DNA from: a virus
Lineage: Duplodnaviria > Heunggongvirae > Uroviricota > Caudoviricetes
IMG/VR virus record: IMGVR_UViG_2740892429_000003
Direction: 5' to 3' (one strand)
DNA length: 42,039 bases
Part shown: one piece after another, positions 38,579 to 42,039 of the stretch
Position numbering within the stretch: the first letter of the stretch is position 1
How the letters are laid out: every line of letters begins with the position of its first letter
Notes under the pieces: model-generated
What the model saw: only the letters and a program-made list of their open reading frames with translations
What the model was told of the DNA's origin: nothing
Database searches by the model: none
Program-made: the position numbers and the translations under genes

Positions 38579-39973
38579 ATGCCCAAAGTTTTCACGCCTC
38601 GCCCCTACCAAGATCTAATTATCAACCACGAAATCGACATTCACCGCTGCAACATCTGGGCAGGGATGGGGATGGGTAAAACCGTAGCGACACTCACCAC
38701 GCTGGAAGATCTTTTCATGGCGGGCTCAGAGACACAGCCCGCGCTGGTCCTCGCGCCGCTACGCGTTGCAGCAAGCACATGGCCGGATGAAGCGCTGAAA
38801 TGGGGGCATCTGCGCAATATCGAGGTGCAGCCGATTGTTGGTAACGCCAAAGCGCGCTCTGCAGCGCTGGCGAACAGCAACGCGAGCGTGTTCACCATCA
38901 ACTACGATAACCTTGTCTGGCTGGTTGAGGAATTGGGAGAACGATGGCCGTTCGGTACTGTCATTCCAGATGAAAGCACCCGGCTAAAATCCTTCCGGCT
39001 GCGAGGTGGTGGTAAGCGCGCGGCGGCGCTGGGCAAAGTGGCGCATAAGTATGTCCAGCGCTGGATAAACCTCACCGGTACGCCAGCACCGAACGGCCTG
39101 GTAGATTTGTGGGGACAATTGTGGTTTGTGGACCAGGGGCAACGTCTCGGGCGCACTTACGGCACGTTTACCTCACGCTGGTTCAACTCGATACAGTTTC
39201 CGGGGCAGAGCTGGACCAAACTGGAGCCGTTTGCTCACTCACAGGCTGAAATACAGCGAGCGTTAGCCGATGTGACCCTCTCGCTGGATGCGGCCGACTG
39301 GTTCGATATCAAAGCCCCCATCCATAACGTAATCCGCGTGGATATGCCGCCGAAGGCCCGTCAGCAGTATCGTGAAATGGAAAAGGAAATGTTCCTCGAG
39401 CTGAATGGCGAAGGCATCGAAGCACCAAACGCCGCGGCAAAGACACTGAAGTGTCTGCAAATCGCCAGTGGCGCAGTATACACAGACGACACCGGAAGTT
39501 GGTCAGAACTGCATGACACCAAACTGCAGGCGCTGGACAGCATACTGACCGAAGCAGCTGGCGCACCTGTGCTGGTTGCTTATCACTGGAAACACGATCT
39601 TGAACGCTTGCTTAAAGCATTCCCTCGCGGTCGTCACCTCGACCAAGATCCACAGACACTGCGCGACTGGAATTCCGGAAAGATTCCTGTTCTCTTTGCA
39701 CACCCAGCCAGCGCGGGCCACGGTCTGAACATGCAGGACGGCGGAAACATACTGGTATTTTTCTCACACTGGTGGGACCTGGAGCAGTATCAGCAAATTA
39801 TTGAACGTATCGGCCCCACCAGGCAGATACAGGCCGGACACAATCGTCCGGTATTTATTCACCACATTATTGCGGCCGACACTATGGACGAAATGGTGAT
39901 GGATCGGCGCAACTCAAAACGAACAGTGCAGGACATCCTGCTCAATGCCATGAAAAAGAGAGGTATAGCATGA
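38579..39973 (+). CDS. SNF2-family helicase
   Basis: 464 aa; Walker A AGMGMGKT, DEST (motif II), LTGTP. Confidence 0.8.
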   Translation: MPKVFTPRPYQDLIINHEIDIHRCNIWAGMGMGKTVATLTTLEDLFMAGSETQPALVLAPLRVAASTWPDEALKWGHLRNIEVQPIVGNAKARSAALANSNASVFTINYDNLVWLVEELGERWPFGTVIPDESTRLKSFRLRGGGKRAAALGKVAHKYVQRWINLTGTPAPNGLVDLWGQLWFVDQGQRLGRTYGTFTSRWFNSIQFPGQSWTKLEPFAHSQAEIQRALADVTLSLDAADWFDIKAPIHNVIRVDMPPKARQQYREMEKEMFLELNGEGIEAPNAAAKTLKCLQIASGAVYTDDTGSWSELHDTKLQALDSILTEAAGAPVLVAYHWKHDLERLLKAFPRGRHLDQDPQTLRDWNSGKIPVLFAHPASAGHGLNMQDGGNILVFFSHWWDLEQYQQIIERIGPTRQIQAGHNRPVFIHHIIAADTMDEMVMDRRNSKRTVQDILLNAMKKRGIA

Positions 39974-40170
39974 GCGAGAAACCCGACGATTTACTCACCC
40001 CAGATGAAGTATGCCAAAAGTTAGGTATTACACCGAAAACGCTATGTGAGTGGAATATTAAGCATCGTCATCGGGCTATCCTGGCACCAATTCGTTTCAG
40101 TGCAAAAGTAGTTCGTTATGAGCGCCGAAATGTCGACGCTTTTATTCAAAAGTGTCGCAGCCAGTATTAA
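39970..40170 (+). CDS. AlpA-like HTH regulator / putative excisionase
   Basis: 66 aa; LLTPDEVCQKLGITPKTLCEW...VVRYERRNVDAFI pattern; adjacent and convergent to integrase. Confidence 0.6.
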   Translation: MSEKPDDLLTPDEVCQKLGITPKTLCEWNIKHRHRAILAPIRFSAKVVRYERRNVDAFIQKCRSQY

Positions 40171-41570
40171 CCTCGCCGCCGTAGCAATGCAACCTGCGCA
40201 AGTATGCTCCGCTCGTGAGCCTCGAAAGCTTCGCGCTTTAACGCAATCTCTTCCTGTAAAATCTCATCAGAAAAGTCGTAATGTTCTGCCATCGGGTCAT
40301 CTGACTTGCTGGAGTGGTGAAGGCAAAGGAGGCTGATTTCCCTTCGGTCTGATCGGGAATAGCCTCTTTCCTTCATCAAGGCAATAACATTGCTCTTAAG
40401 GAATTTACGGCACATCGTATTAAATGCACCGTCTTTCCCTTTAACAGTCCCATCATGTTTTATTCCTTTTACAGCCCCGTCCGGGCTGTATGTTTTCACC
40501 AGCTTATCCAGTGATCGTTTTGAAAATGGCTGCATTGGATCACGTGGCTGCAAAAATACATAATCCCTGTTGCACTCAGGAACTGAATCACGCCAGGCTT
40601 TCTGCTCGTCGATAATCCGCCGGATCTCAGGCGTTATCGGCAGGCGGAAAGCCTTTTGTGTTTTCATAGCCCCTCGCATGCCGATAACCCCTTCCGGATA
40701 AACAATTTCACCAGCCTCCTCGTGAACGTAGTCCCAGCGCAGGTTATGGACATTAATCGGACGAACGCCAGTGATGATCATGAAGCGAACAGCATTCTTC
40801 TGGTGTACAGAGGTGCAGGCAGCAACATTGAGCCAGAGTCGGGCGATTGATTCAATATCGGTAAAAAGCCGTGTGGGGGTAGGTTTCTGTACGCGGGAGG
40901 AAACATAATCATCTGGCAGATTGGCGGCAACATTGCGGCCGTTGCAAAGAATAGGTGCGCAGAACTTCCAGAACCGACGGAGCTCGGCAAACAACTCCAG
41001 GGCGTTATTGTTCGAGCGAGTGGCGATCCACTCGTCCAGCACTTCCACCAGCCGATTGTATGTTACGTCGCTGAACACCTCACGCTCGCCGAACGTTGCT
41101 TTAATCCGGTCGATACGCACCCCGTAGGTTGTGAAACTGTCCGGGCTCAGCTTCTGCCGGGCGACTTTGGCTTTGAGGTCATCCCGGTACATTTCCAGCG
41201 CTGCATGTACTGACTCTGCCCGCAAGCCACAGTCAGCCATACCTAGCGCTTTTTCGCGCGCCAGCTGGATAGCGAGCTCCGGCCACTCGCCGAGCTTTTT
41301 ACCTTTGAGGCCCATCTTTTTTGGAAACTCGGCGTAAAATGTAACCTTACCGGCTTTGCTGAAATCGATACGGAGATAGTTCTCTTTTTCGTATTTGGAA
41401 CGGCGAGCCACGCCGGAAGCAGCGAGGATGATTTTGGCGGCAGCAACACAGATTTTCATGTGTGCGCTGGTATAGGGGGGTTTACAGGCGTCCCATTTTT
41501 CAGATGCGGCTAAAACATCGTCATTATTGGGGCTATCCGGATTATGTGTTACAGTGCGCGGCATTCTCAA
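40167..41570 (-). CDS. Tyrosine integrase
   Basis: Up to 467 aa; C-terminal catalytic region with HxxR-like and Tyr motifs (LCLHHS...AEHY); true start probably an internal Met (e.g. MKICVAAAK). Confidence 0.75.
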   Translation of the reverse strand: MRMPRTVTHNPDSPNNDDVLAASEKWDACKPPYTSAHMKICVAAAKIILAASGVARRSKYEKENYLRIDFSKAGKVTFYAEFPKKMGLKGKKLGEWPELAIQLAREKALGMADCGLRAESVHAALEMYRDDLKAKVARQKLSPDSFTTYGVRIDRIKATFGEREVFSDVTYNRLVEVLDEWIATRSNNNALELFAELRRFWKFCAPILCNGRNVAANLPDDYVSSRVQKPTPTRLFTDIESIARLWLNVAACTSVHQKNAVRFMIITGVRPINVHNLRWDYVHEEAGEIVYPEGVIGMRGAMKTQKAFRLPITPEIRRIIDEQKAWRDSVPECNRDYVFLQPRDPMQPFSKRSLDKLVKTYSPDGAVKGIKHDGTVKGKDGAFNTMCRKFLKSNVIALMKERGYSRSDRREISLLCLHHSSKSDDPMAEHYDFSDEILQEEIALKREAFEAHERSILAQVALLRRRG

Positions 41571-41769
41571 TCCTTATCTGCGTAGGCGCAGAAAACAAGC
41601 TCACACATACAAGTCTTTTCTACGGGACAAAATGCAATGTGTTGCGGTTTTGTGTTGCTGGACTGAGTTTATCAAGGTTAAATACACTGGATCAACATAC
41701 AGTAAGTTAATGACAGTAAAGCATACAAACTCGATACAACTTACTGATTTTAAAATGATTTAACGGTAA

Positions 41770-42039
<270 letters not shown>

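Larger units (their letters stand above)
1..41700. mobile_element. Temperate prophage, mosaic (Mu-like morphogenesis, lambda-like lysis/Q, PolA-type replication module); right boundary near 41571..41778, left boundary outside window
   Basis: Contiguous phage gene set from tail fibers to integrase; host yfhL-like gene follows at 41779. No att repeats could be defined from this window alone. Confidence 0.8.

Overview
The window is almost entirely one temperate prophage (about 41.6 kb), with its integrase end next to the host ferredoxin gene yfhL (41779..42039). Minus-strand genes run from a Cro-like regulator through a primase-helicase, Q-like antiterminator, lambda-like lysis cassette (holin, R-type endolysin, Rz), terminase, Mu-like head genes and a contractile tail/baseplate cluster to tail fiber and tail-fiber-assembly genes. 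Plus-strand genes run from a CI-like S24 repressor through a PolA-type replication module (Cas4-like nuclease, SSB-like protein, DNA polymerase A, VRR-NUC, two DNA methyltransferases, SNF2 helicase) to an AlpA-like regulator, with the integrase on the opposite strand. Several low-GC cargo insertions interrupt this backbone. The most notable is a self-contained cassette encoding a 500-aa SIR2-family (ThsA-like NADase motif) protein with an unrecognised C-terminal domain and no partner gene, inserted between the SSB-like and polymerase genes. Others are a three-gene periplasmic/membrane cassette inside the tail cluster, an acetyltransferase that replaced most of a tail-fiber inversion module (a Gin/Pin-type invertase remnant survives), and an antisense gene in the early operon. 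Also visible are an iteron-rich putative origin, a -1 frameshift site in the tail chaperone, and a C5-methyltransferase whose conserved motifs appear split across two frames. All functional calls rest on motif recognition by eye; no database search was run and GC content was judged by eye.
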